DNA from: Anaerolineaceae bacterium
Lineage (GTDB): Bacteria; Chloroflexota; Anaerolineae; Anaerolineales; Anaerolineaceae
DNA: 64,000 nt
Direction: 5' to 3'
Assembly: GCA_049657925.1 (NCBI GenBank)
Contig: JBASOE010000112.1
Location: forward strand, 347-64,346
The translations under genes and the position numbers were made by a program. The notes below the pieces were generated by a model. That model worked only from the letters and a program-made list of their open reading frames with translations, had not been told where the DNA came from and searched no databases. Positions 44,911-53,388 of the stretch are shown here, in pieces. How positions within the stretch are numbered: the first letter of the stretch is position 1; each line of letters opens with the position of its first letter.

Positions 44911-45727
44911 CACGATCATCCATGTAAGGAATGTGTGTAAGATATTTGGAGGTCTGACTGCGGTCAATCAGGTTGACCTTGAAATACCCGAAAAATATAT
45001 CTACAGCATCATCGGTCCCAATGGGGCTGGCAAGACCACGCTGTTCAACTGTATTTCAGGTTTTTATGTCCCTGAAAAAGGTGAGATTGTGTTTTATGGA
45101 GACCCAATTCAGGGTCTCTCGACCAATCTGATTGCTTGGTTGGGGATTTCCCGCACCTATCAGAATATCCGTCTTTTCAGTAATTTGACGGCAGTTGAGA
45201 ATATTCTGATCGGTTTGCATCCCAATTTGAAATCCAGTTGGCTTGACGCAATACTCCATACCCAACGCTACCGAAAGGAAGAAGGTGACTCAGTCAAAGA
45301 AGCTCTCCGTTTGTTGGATTATGTCGGTTTGATAGGTTATGGCGATTATCTTGCCAAGAACCTGCCATATGGACTCCAGCGCAGATTGGAGATTGGGCGG
45401 GCTTTGGCAAACAAGCCGAAGGTACTGTTGTTGGATGAACCTACAGCCGGCATGAATATCAATGAAACCGCGGAAGCGACACATTTCATCAAGCAATTGA
45501 GGGATGAATTGGGAATTACCATCATCCTGATCGAACATGATATGAAGGTCGTGATGGGTATTTCTGACCGGATCAGCGTATTGGATTATGGTATTAAAAT
45601 TGCTGAAGGCAGCGCGGCTGAGATCCAAGCAAATCCCAGGGTAATCGAAGCTTACCTCGGTCCCGGTGGAGCAGCACTTTCTGAAAAATACAAAAAACAA
45701 AGGCAAACTTATGCTGAAAGTCACTGA
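44903..45727 (+). CDS. livG: Branched-chain amino acid ABC transporter ATP-binding protein
   Basis: Walker A GPNGAGKTT, LLLDEPTAGM, and C-terminal RVIEAYLG. SD aaggagg lies upstream. Confidence 0.93.
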   Translation: MTDTIIHVRNVCKIFGGLTAVNQVDLEIPEKYIYSIIGPNGAGKTTLFNCISGFYVPEKGEIVFYGDPIQGLSTNLIAWLGISRTYQNIRLFSNLTAVENILIGLHPNLKSSWLDAILHTQRYRKEEGDSVKEALRLLDYVGLIGYGDYLAKNLPYGLQRRLEIGRALANKPKVLLLDEPTAGMNINETAEATHFIKQLRDELGITIILIEHDMKVVMGISDRISVLDYGIKIAEGSAAEIQANPRVIEAYLGPGGAALSEKYKKQRQTYAESH

Positions 45728-46421
45728 TCTTAATGTACATTATGGAGCAATTCATGCTCTGAAAGGCGTTAGTTTTACCCTCGAAGAGGGTGAAATCGTC
45801 ACTCTGATTGGGGCTAATGGCGCAGGTAAATCCACCTTGCTTAACACGATTTCAGGTTTACTGAAGGCTGATAAAGGTAAGGTGGAATATCTGGACGAGG
45901 ACATCACGAATGTCGAGCCGCAGAAGATTGTGCGTAAGGGCATCGTACAGGTGCCTGAAGGTCGCAAAATCTTTGCCGCCATGACCGTGATGGAAAATCT
46001 TGAAATGGGTGCCTTTACAGTCACAGACAAAAAACTGATTTCTGATAAAGTCGAGGAAATGTTTGTAAAATTTCCCATCCTGGGCAAGCGTTCCAAACAA
46101 CTGGGCGGGACCCTTTCCGGAGGCGAACAGCAGATGCTGGCCATTGCCCGTGGTCTGATGGCAAGCCCCAGGCTGCTCCTATTGGATGAACCTTCCATGG
46201 GTCTTTCACCGGTTTTGGTTGAGCAGATTTTTGATATCATCCAGAATATTAACCATACGGGTACAAGTGTGATCCTGGTTGAACAGAATGCACAAATGGC
46301 GCTTGTTATCGCGCATAGAGCCTATGTTTTGGAAACCGGCAAGATCGTACTGGAAGGCGAGGCACAGGAAGTGCTTCAGAATCCCATGGTGATAGAGGCT
46401 TATTTGGGGGTTACTCAGTAA
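45711..46421 (+). CDS. livF: Branched-chain amino acid ABC transporter ATP-binding protein
   Basis: GANGAGKST, LSGGEQQMLAIARGL, LLLDEPSMGLSP and IEAYLG. Confidence 0.93.
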   Translation: MLKVTDLNVHYGAIHALKGVSFTLEEGEIVTLIGANGAGKSTLLNTISGLLKADKGKVEYLDEDITNVEPQKIVRKGIVQVPEGRKIFAAMTVMENLEMGAFTVTDKKLISDKVEEMFVKFPILGKRSKQLGGTLSGGEQQMLAIARGLMASPRLLLLDEPSMGLSPVLVEQIFDIIQNINHTGTSVILVEQNAQMALVIAHRAYVLETGKIVLEGEAQEVLQNPMVIEAYLGVTQ

Positions 46422-46456
46422 GCAAAATTCGGATAAGATTGTAACCAGGAAAAAAT

Positions 46457-47089
46457 ATGGATATCCGAAGCCAAAGGTCGAAACTGACTGCATTTATTCT
46501 TGCGTGCGTTCTGGTATTACTTGGAATTAGTCTAATTCCTCAAACTACCCAGCCAGTCATGGCGCAGTTCCCCACTGTTTCCATAGCTACAGTGACCAGT
46601 TCACCCAGAGGCTCCTATATCATCGCCAAGCAGACTGCTGATACTGAGTACATCCCGGTTAATGTGCGCGTTGGTCCCAGCCGATTAACCGAACGCATTG
46701 GTGTATTATTGGTGAATCAAGAAGCCAAAGCGGTCGGTAAGTATGGCGATTGGATCCAAATCGAATACATTGGAGGTGTTGAGGGATTAGGTTGGGTTTT
46801 TGCACCAAACGTAACCCTGATTGGGGCTGTCCCTGACGTGGTGCCTCCTCCAACCTCGACACCGGCGATCACAAAGACTATTGATCCAACCTTGGCAGCC
46901 CAATTCCTGCCCCAGGTGCAGGAGACACGACTACCTACCTTTACTGAGCCGCCTATGCTGATGATCCCAACATACCAGGAAGTCTCTGGCGCAACTGCGC
47001 CAGGTGGAATCCCACTCGGCATTGTGATCGTGATTTTAGCGGGTATCGGGCTATTTCTTGCCCTGATAGCAGTTCTACGCCGAGGTTAA
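46457..47089 (+). CDS. SH3b-domain protein with an N-terminal signal anchor and a C-terminal TM helix
   Basis: NVRVGPSRLTERIGVLLVNQEAKAVGKYGDWIQIEY is bacterial-SH3-like. Both termini are hydrophobic. Confidence 0.55.
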   Translation: MDIRSQRSKLTAFILACVLVLLGISLIPQTTQPVMAQFPTVSIATVTSSPRGSYIIAKQTADTEYIPVNVRVGPSRLTERIGVLLVNQEAKAVGKYGDWIQIEYIGGVEGLGWVFAPNVTLIGAVPDVVPPPTSTPAITKTIDPTLAAQFLPQVQETRLPTFTEPPMLMIPTYQEVSGATAPGGIPLGIVIVILAGIGLFLALIAVLRRG

Positions 47090-47995
47090 GCTATTAATTT
47101 TTGGATCTGCAACCACGTATTTCGCAATTCGCCGCACTTTATTAACAAGTGACAAAGATTGCTCCAACTGTGGCAGAGCGGCCAGCATAGCGTCGTAACC
47201 TTTTTGTTGTAGGTCAGGGGGAATGACCATGTCGAGCGTGGGATAATGTCCAATTTCAGGTGCGACAATCACATCTGGGAGGTCCACGCTAAGACTGACG
47301 GCTTCCAATTTTCCAGTCAACACGTCAATGGACTGATAATAGGTGCGCAGCGATTCAGCCAGTCGGGTTTTGTACAATCTGTCCGTGATGCTGGTAGGTA
47401 AAGTGTCTTGAAAGGGAAGGGTCAGTTCCTTGGCCACATAGCCATCCGGTTTGCGGCTGAGCCGTACGGCAATGATCGGTAACGTTGGGTCGAGCTCACG
47501 CGCTGCTCTCACCGGGACTGGGTCGACGATTCCACCATCAATCAACTTATACTGATCGAATTCCTGAGAGGGGAAAACTCCAGGCAAAGCGATGGTCGAG
47601 AGGATCGCTCTGAGAGCAGGACCGGTTTTGATGACGATCTCATTTCCAGTAAGCAGATCTACAGCGGTGGCAACGAATGGGATAGGGAAGTCTTCAAGCA
47701 AGACGTTGCCAAGTACGCCCTGGATGGCTTTTTCAAGACCTATGGTACCGATCAGAGAAGCACTGTCAGCTGAGCGGCGTTTAAAACTTGGGCTGGCGCT
47801 GAATTCAGCGACCGCCGCTTCGATTTTTTCAAAACCAACACCAGAAGCGAACATACACCCAAATAATCCGCCAGCACTGGTGCCAGCGATGCCTGCGATT
47901 TTGTAATCATTCTCTACAAGACATTTGATCACGCCAACGTGGGCGATTCCCCGAATACCACCGCCACCAAGGGCGAGTAAAACTTCTTTTGACAT
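47075..47995 (-). CDS. Patatin-like phospholipase
   Basis: GGGGIRG oxyanion motif, GTSAGG nucleophile elbow, and DGG (LIDGGIVDPVP). Confidence 0.85.
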   Translation of the reverse strand: MSKEVLLALGGGGIRGIAHVGVIKCLVENDYKIAGIAGTSAGGLFGCMFASGVGFEKIEAAVAEFSASPSFKRRSADSASLIGTIGLEKAIQGVLGNVLLEDFPIPFVATAVDLLTGNEIVIKTGPALRAILSTIALPGVFPSQEFDQYKLIDGGIVDPVPVRAARELDPTLPIIAVRLSRKPDGYVAKELTLPFQDTLPTSITDRLYKTRLAESLRTYYQSIDVLTGKLEAVSLSVDLPDVIVAPEIGHYPTLDMVIPPDLQQKGYDAMLAALPQLEQSLSLVNKVRRIAKYVVADPKINSLTSA

Positions 47996-48104
47996 ATTGC
48001 ATCCTCCAAGTTCAGCTTTATTATAGTCTGGGTCAAGTGAAATTTGTGGCTGTGATATTTACGTCAAACCTGTTAAGGCGTTGAGCTTTTTGAACCGAGC
48101 AATA

Positions 48105-48113
48105 TGTTAAAAT
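48105..48113 (+). promoter_or_regulatory. Extended -10 box (TGtTAAAAT), 8 nt upstream of the smpB ATG (leaderless candidate)
   Basis: atgttaaaatagaccattATG. There is no SD. Confidence 0.4.
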
Positions 48114-48121
48114 AGACCATT

Positions 48122-48571
48122 ATGGAAATTAAGACAGTATCGACCAACCGTAAAGCACGCTTTGAATATTTTATCGAGGAAACGCTCGAAGCAGGCCTGG
48201 TTCTACGTGGCACTGAGATCAAGTCAGTACGCAAGGGACAGATCAGCCTGCAAGAGGCTTACATTCGTACGGATGGCAAGCAAGCCTGGTTGGTGGGGGC
48301 GCACATCGCGCCTTACGAACACGCCAGTGCATCACAACATGCGCCAGACCGGGAACGCAAGTTGCTCTTACACAAACGGCAGATAGCCGACCTGTGGGAC
48401 GAAGTGCGCATCAAGGGCAAAACTATCGTACCCATTAAGGCTTATCTGAAAGGCAATCGTGCCAAGTTAGAGATCGGGGTTGCCAAAGGCAAAAAGGGTT
48501 ATGATAAACGGGAGTCAATCAAAGAAAAAGATATAGCACGTGAAAACGCTCGCGGTCAGCGGGATGACTAA
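48122..48571 (+). CDS. smpB: SsrA-binding protein
   Basis: NRKARFEYFIEETLEAGLVLRGTEIKS...LLLHKRQI...IVPIKAYLKGNRAKLEIGVAKGKK. Confidence 0.95.
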   Translation: MEIKTVSTNRKARFEYFIEETLEAGLVLRGTEIKSVRKGQISLQEAYIRTDGKQAWLVGAHIAPYEHASASQHAPDRERKLLLHKRQIADLWDEVRIKGKTIVPIKAYLKGNRAKLEIGVAKGKKGYDKRESIKEKDIARENARGQRDD

Positions 48572-48629
48572 GCCATTTCAACCATTTACTCAAAATTGAG
48601 TTTTATTTTAAAATCGATATAATCAATCC

Positions 48630-49739
48630 ATGAAAATGAATGAATTCACATTTAACCGCAGAGATTTTCTTAAACTCTCCGGGATGGCTGCCGGTGCTTT
48701 GTTACTGCCTGCCAACTGGATGGCACAGCAAGCCAACTCAACTTTTTTTCCAGACGGTGCCTTGCTGGGTAGAATGGCCGATGGCTCAGTTGGCGCATTC
48801 AGAGATATCTATACTGAGCCGAATGTGGCTGCCCCAACCGTGCGCAGAGTGTACCGGGACGAGGTTTTTGAGTTCAAAAAAGAGGTAATCGCCACCAGTT
48901 TTGACCTTAATAACTATAACCAGCGTTGGGTAGAGATGCCAGAGGGCTATGTCTATTCTCCTTGGGTACAGAAGGTTAAGAATAAGATCAATAAACCCGT
49001 GAACACTTTGCCATTCGATGAAAAAGGCATCCCAGGTATGTGGGTTGAAATCACAGTGCCTGTTGCGGAAATCAAACCGACCCAATTACCAGCCGGAGCT
49101 TTCTGGATCAAGGATGTCATGGAAGGCGGATTTACTCCCAAAGTTTATGCTAATTCGGTCTATTGGGCGATGAATGTGCGCACCCTGAATGGCCGCACCG
49201 AATACCTGTTGACCGAGCGTTATGGCGCATTGCCAGACACCTTCTGGGTTGATGCAGCCGCTTGTCGACCGATAACTGCAGAAGAAACATCTCCAATCCA
49301 CCCTGATGTCGGTGAAAAAGTAGTCAAGGTTGACCTGAACTCTCAGACATTATCTTGCTTTGAAGGTAATAGAGAAGTCTATTTCTGTGAAATTTCCTCA
49401 GGCGGTCGATCTGAAACGAAGGGTTGGGCAACTCCGGAAGGCACCCATACCATTTGGCGCAAGATGATCTCAACCCACATGAGCGCGGGCGGACTGGTAG
49501 CCTATGACACTCCAGGGATTGGATACACGACCTTGTTTGATTCCAACGGCGCAGCTATTCATTCTGCTTACTGGCACAATTACTTTGGCACGCCCAAATC
49601 ACACGGTTGTGTGAATGCCCGCCATGAGGATGCCAAGTGGATCTGGCGTTGGACCAATCCGAGCGTGGCCTATTATCCCGGCGATCTGACGGTTTCAGGT
49701 GGAGCCAATTCAACCCAAGTAATCGTTTACTCCTCGTAA
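48630..49739 (+). CDS. L,D-transpeptidase (YkuD family) with a twin-arginine signal peptide
   Basis: Tat motif NRRDFLKLSGMAAGALLL. Catalytic region AIHSAYWHNYFGTPKSHGCVNA. Confidence 0.82.
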   Translation: MKMNEFTFNRRDFLKLSGMAAGALLLPANWMAQQANSTFFPDGALLGRMADGSVGAFRDIYTEPNVAAPTVRRVYRDEVFEFKKEVIATSFDLNNYNQRWVEMPEGYVYSPWVQKVKNKINKPVNTLPFDEKGIPGMWVEITVPVAEIKPTQLPAGAFWIKDVMEGGFTPKVYANSVYWAMNVRTLNGRTEYLLTERYGALPDTFWVDAAACRPITAEETSPIHPDVGEKVVKVDLNSQTLSCFEGNREVYFCEISSGGRSETKGWATPEGTHTIWRKMISTHMSAGGLVAYDTPGIGYTTLFDSNGAAIHSAYWHNYFGTPKSHGCVNARHEDAKWIWRWTNPSVAYYPGDLTVSGGANSTQVIVYSS

Positions 49740-49756
49740 AAGCGGGGTGTGGTTAC

Positions 49757-50755
49757 TTGATACAGGTTTATCTGTACACGAACGAGTTCCAGACTGAGGT
49801 CTCACAGAGAATACGAAGCACGATTCTTGGTATTAGAGATCATTTTGACCTCAATCTGAATGAAATTAATGTTCCTCCTGGTCACTGGCTAAACGATAAT
49901 TTACCAACACAATTTCCTCAATTGAAAATTGGTAGTTTTACAGTCACCGACGCACTGAGTTCTACAGCAATTGAAGATACTCTTGGCCGAGCACAGGAGT
50001 ATTTGCGTTTTTCAACCGACCGAGGCGAACAATCAGCTGTTGACAGCCTGATAAAGCCAATCCTGCTGACCGCCTCAGATCGGGTATCTTTGTGGTTTTC
50101 GCGCAGTTATGTTTGGTTTTTTGGTTTGTTGGTGCTGATTTACGTTGGATTACCTTTGCTTGCTCCTGTTTTAATGAAAACAGGGTATCCCGATTCGGCC
50201 AATGTGATTTATCGGGTATACCGGGTGTCATGTCACCAGTTGGGATTTCGCTCCTTCTACCTGTTTGGTGACCAGGTTGCCTATCCTCTTGAACTTGCAG
50301 GCATTGATGGACTGAACACTTTTGAAGAAGTTTCTGGTTTGCCTGAGGATGATCTTCACGCTGCCAGTGCGTTTTTGGGCAATGAGACTTTGGGATATAA
50401 AGTGGCCCTATGTCAAAGGGATATGGCAATCTACGGATCCATACTTCTGTTCGTAATCATCTTCATCCTGAGAAAACGCAGGACTAAAGCTGTCCCATGG
50501 TTTCTATGGCTGGTGCTTGCGCTTGTTCCCATTGGACTGGATGGGGTTTCGCAGTTGGTTAGCCAGATGGAACTTCCTATGCTGGGCTGGCTGGCTATGC
50601 GTGAGTCCACACCGTTCCTGAGGGTACTGACTGGGTTTTTCTTTGGTTGGTTCACGGCCTGGTATGCTTTTCCAACCATTGAGGAATCCCTTAACACTCA
50701 CCGCATTCAATTGGAGTTGAAAGCGCTTGCCAGCAGGCAGCTGAGGTCCAATTGA
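49757..50755 (+). CDS. DUF2085-family membrane protein with a ~135 aa N-terminal extension; start uncertain (TTG 49757 proposed)
   Basis: The core YRVSCHQLGFRSFYLFG is followed by TM helices. The frame is open from 49637, with no ATG before codon M (LMKTG) near 50170. Confidence 0.55.
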   Translation: MIQVYLYTNEFQTEVSQRIRSTILGIRDHFDLNLNEINVPPGHWLNDNLPTQFPQLKIGSFTVTDALSSTAIEDTLGRAQEYLRFSTDRGEQSAVDSLIKPILLTASDRVSLWFSRSYVWFFGLLVLIYVGLPLLAPVLMKTGYPDSANVIYRVYRVSCHQLGFRSFYLFGDQVAYPLELAGIDGLNTFEEVSGLPEDDLHAASAFLGNETLGYKVALCQRDMAIYGSILLFVIIFILRKRRTKAVPWFLWLVLALVPIGLDGVSQLVSQMELPMLGWLAMRESTPFLRVLTGFFFGWFTAWYAFPTIEESLNTHRIQLELKALASRQLRSN

Positions 50756-51540
50756 TCAGGCAAGAGCAAAACGGACTGCGTTACTATCAGTTCGAGAGTT
50801 TTGACTCTCTCGCCGTCGAACATGCTTTGTTTACGCGCCAGGGGGGTGTCAGCTCAGGTTACTACGAGAGCTTAAATCTTGGCGGAACCTGCGGTGATGA
50901 CCCAGCCTCTGTCCGTCGCAATCATGAATTGGTGTTCGACCTTCTTGGGCGACCCTTTGATAGTCGTCTCGATGTTTGGCAGGTGCATGGCAAAAACATT
51001 GTGATCAGCGAATCGCCCAGACCAGTCAATCAGAAACATCAACCTGCCGATGGTATCTTTACCTCAAACCCTGAGGTGACTTTGATGATGCGCTTTGCCG
51101 ATTGCGTGCCATTGGTTTTTCATGATCCCATTAAAAAAGTGGTTGGTATTGTCCACGCTGGTTGGCAGGGCACGCTGATGCAAATTAGCAAAGAGGCTGT
51201 GTTTAGAATTGCTGATCATTATGGCTCCAAGCCGGCTGATCTTGTCGTAGGGATTGGCCCCTCCATCTGTGGTATATGCTACGAGGTCGGTCAAGAGGTG
51301 CGCAAACAGTTTTTGAAACACTGGGGTGATGTCGCTGATGAATTTCTTAAACCCCAAGGTGAACGTTATCTGTTGGACCTGTGGGCGGCGAATGAGTGGG
51401 TGTTGCAACAAGCCGGAGTTTGCAGGATTGAACAGTCTCACATGTGTACCGCGGAACATCTGGACGAGTGGTACTCGTATCGCAAAGAAAAAGGAGCTAC
51501 AGGGCGTTTTGGGGTTGTGATAGCATTAAAGAATGCCTGA
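50752..51540 (+). CDS. pgeF: Peptidoglycan editing factor PgeF / YfiH (DUF152) family
   Basis: ADCVPLVFHD, VHAGWQGT, CTAEH..WYSYRKE. TTG start overlaps the upstream stop. Confidence 0.85.
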   Translation: MIRQEQNGLRYYQFESFDSLAVEHALFTRQGGVSSGYYESLNLGGTCGDDPASVRRNHELVFDLLGRPFDSRLDVWQVHGKNIVISESPRPVNQKHQPADGIFTSNPEVTLMMRFADCVPLVFHDPIKKVVGIVHAGWQGTLMQISKEAVFRIADHYGSKPADLVVGIGPSICGICYEVGQEVRKQFLKHWGDVADEFLKPQGERYLLDLWAANEWVLQQAGVCRIEQSHMCTAEHLDEWYSYRKEKGATGRFGVVIALKNA

Positions 51541-52282
51541 GATTAACCCCTCTTCCGACTTTGTCTCTGTCATCAACGACAGAATTCGCCTAATTCGCTC
51601 AAGAATTGAGGCTGCATGCCTGCGAAGTGGACGAAACCCTGAAAGCATTCACCTTTTGGCTGTCTCTAAACGTCAACCTGTCGAAGCTATCATCGCAGCC
51701 TATCAGTGCGGATTACACGATTTTGCTGAGAATTACCCTGAAGAAGCCGTCGAGAAAATGGCTGTTTTGTCGAATTACCCAGGTCTCATCTGGGAGATGA
51801 TTGGGCACATTCAGAGTCGTAAAGCAAAACTGGTCGTTTCGGGTTTCAGGCGCATTCACTCTGTGGACAGTCTCAATTTGGCAATCATCCTTAATCGGTT
51901 GAATGAGGGATTACCCCTGGAAGTTCTGCTTGAAGTCAACGTGAGTGGAGAGACTACCAAAGAGGGCTTTGACGCGAAAAACGAACAGGATCAACAGTTG
52001 CTTCTCTCAACATTAAGCGAGCTGGCGAGACTTGAACGGCTGCGAATCAAAGGATTGATGATCATGCCGCCATTACAAAGTGATCCTGAAGTAAATAGAG
52101 GGTTCTTCCAGCAGGCAAGGGAATTGGCGGCGTGGCTAAATCAGCAACAGGTCGGATGCCGTTTTGACCAACTTTCAATGGGTACGTCATCTGACTTTGA
52201 AGTGGCGATCGAAGAAGGTGCTACAATTATCCGACTTGGAGAGTCAATTTTTGGACCAAGAACTTATAAGGAGCAACATTGA
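51533..52282 (+). CDS. yggS: YggS-family pyridoxal-phosphate homeostasis protein
   Basis: LLAVSKRQP (PLP Lys), WEMIGHIQSRK, and LSMGTSSDFEVAIEEGATIIRLG. Confidence 0.9.
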   Translation: MPEINPSSDFVSVINDRIRLIRSRIEAACLRSGRNPESIHLLAVSKRQPVEAIIAAYQCGLHDFAENYPEEAVEKMAVLSNYPGLIWEMIGHIQSRKAKLVVSGFRRIHSVDSLNLAIILNRLNEGLPLEVLLEVNVSGETTKEGFDAKNEQDQQLLLSTLSELARLERLRIKGLMIMPPLQSDPEVNRGFFQQARELAAWLNQQQVGCRFDQLSMGTSSDFEVAIEEGATIIRLGESIFGPRTYKEQH

Positions 52283-52542
52283 TTTCATTACTTATCTCAC
52301 TCGTCAATCTTATTGGTATGGTATTAACTATCATGGTCCTTCTTTATGTGCTGCTTGGTTACTTTGTGTCTCCAGGCTCGACGATACTGCGAATCTTGAG
52401 AAACGTTGTAGAACCAGCACTGAACCAGGTACGCAAGATCGTTAAACCAGTAGGGGGCCTGGATCTGGCACCGATGATTTTGATATTGCTTATCTATGTC
52501 GTAGAATGGATATTAACACGCGTTCTTGCGTTATTCATTTGA
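52279..52542 (+). CDS. yggT: YggT-family membrane protein
   Basis: 87 aa, two TM helices, with DLAPMILILLIYV. It occupies the conserved position after yggS. TTG start. Confidence 0.68.
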   Translation: MISLLISLVNLIGMVLTIMVLLYVLLGYFVSPGSTILRILRNVVEPALNQVRKIVKPVGGLDLAPMILILLIYVVEWILTRVLALFI

Positions 52543-52546
52543 TAGT

Positions 52547-53248
52547 TTACGGACTGTACAGTATCCTTCCGCAGGACTTACATTTGAGTAAGATGGCTTG
52601 AGATTTAACTTTCTGAATTTCAAAAGCGCTGAGTTCAATCCCACAAGCATCACAACAATCATCTTCCACCATCGCAACAGCACGACCTTGTTTTGAACGT
52701 AAAAGACCTTGATATTGCTCGATGATATCAGCGGAGAGAGGTGACATCAAGGCGTGCCGCTGCGCGTTAATGCCGGGGATTTCTGCTTCCAACCGGCTCT
52801 TCTCACCCGAAATCAACGAGTTTTCAGCCAACTTTCGGTTGACTGTTAGCTGATAAGCGGCTTCGGTAGCTGTGAGTGCTTCGGTGGCAGCATCAAGCTG
52901 AGACGTCAATTCCATTTGTTCGTCCTCAAGTTTGGTAGTGGCGCGTTTGAGAGCTTCTTCCTCGGCCTGGAGTTCCTGTAGTTCTTTGGGACTGCGGCCT
53001 TTGCCGTCGAAGAGTGCGTTATGGGTGAGTTCAGCTTTAATATGTTTGGTACGTACTTGTTCAGCTAAGGATTGCAAAGAAACATCCACTGCCTCAACAG
53101 CAATTTTTGCGTCTGAGATTGCCTGCGCAGCTGCTGCCACTTCAGCGTCAGACTGAAGCATTTGTTCAATCTCTTTGATGCGCTTATTAATCTTTAAGAG
53201 CTGTGTGTCGTAGGATTGCAGTCGATATAGGCTGAAGGTTAGATTCAT
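52547..53248 (-). CDS. Coiled-coil protein with a C4 zinc ribbon (DUF164/COG1579-like)
   Basis: Long heptad-rich region, then CDACGIEL...CKSCGRILY. SD ggag lies upstream. Confidence 0.72.
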   Translation of the reverse strand: MNLTFSLYRLQSYDTQLLKINKRIKEIEQMLQSDAEVAAAAQAISDAKIAVEAVDVSLQSLAEQVRTKHIKAELTHNALFDGKGRSPKELQELQAEEEALKRATTKLEDEQMELTSQLDAATEALTATEAAYQLTVNRKLAENSLISGEKSRLEAEIPGINAQRHALMSPLSADIIEQYQGLLRSKQGRAVAMVEDDCCDACGIELSAFEIQKVKSQAILLKCKSCGRILYSP

Positions 53249-53388
53249 GGGCAGCTCCGATGGGTTGATGAATATCTCACAAGAGTAATTGTATCATCCC
53301 AATCCGCCATATTATTTTTCTGTTTATATCAAAGGCTGGTATGTTATAATTTTCGAATTAATGGCGGGAACTTAGCCGCCGCGGAGAT

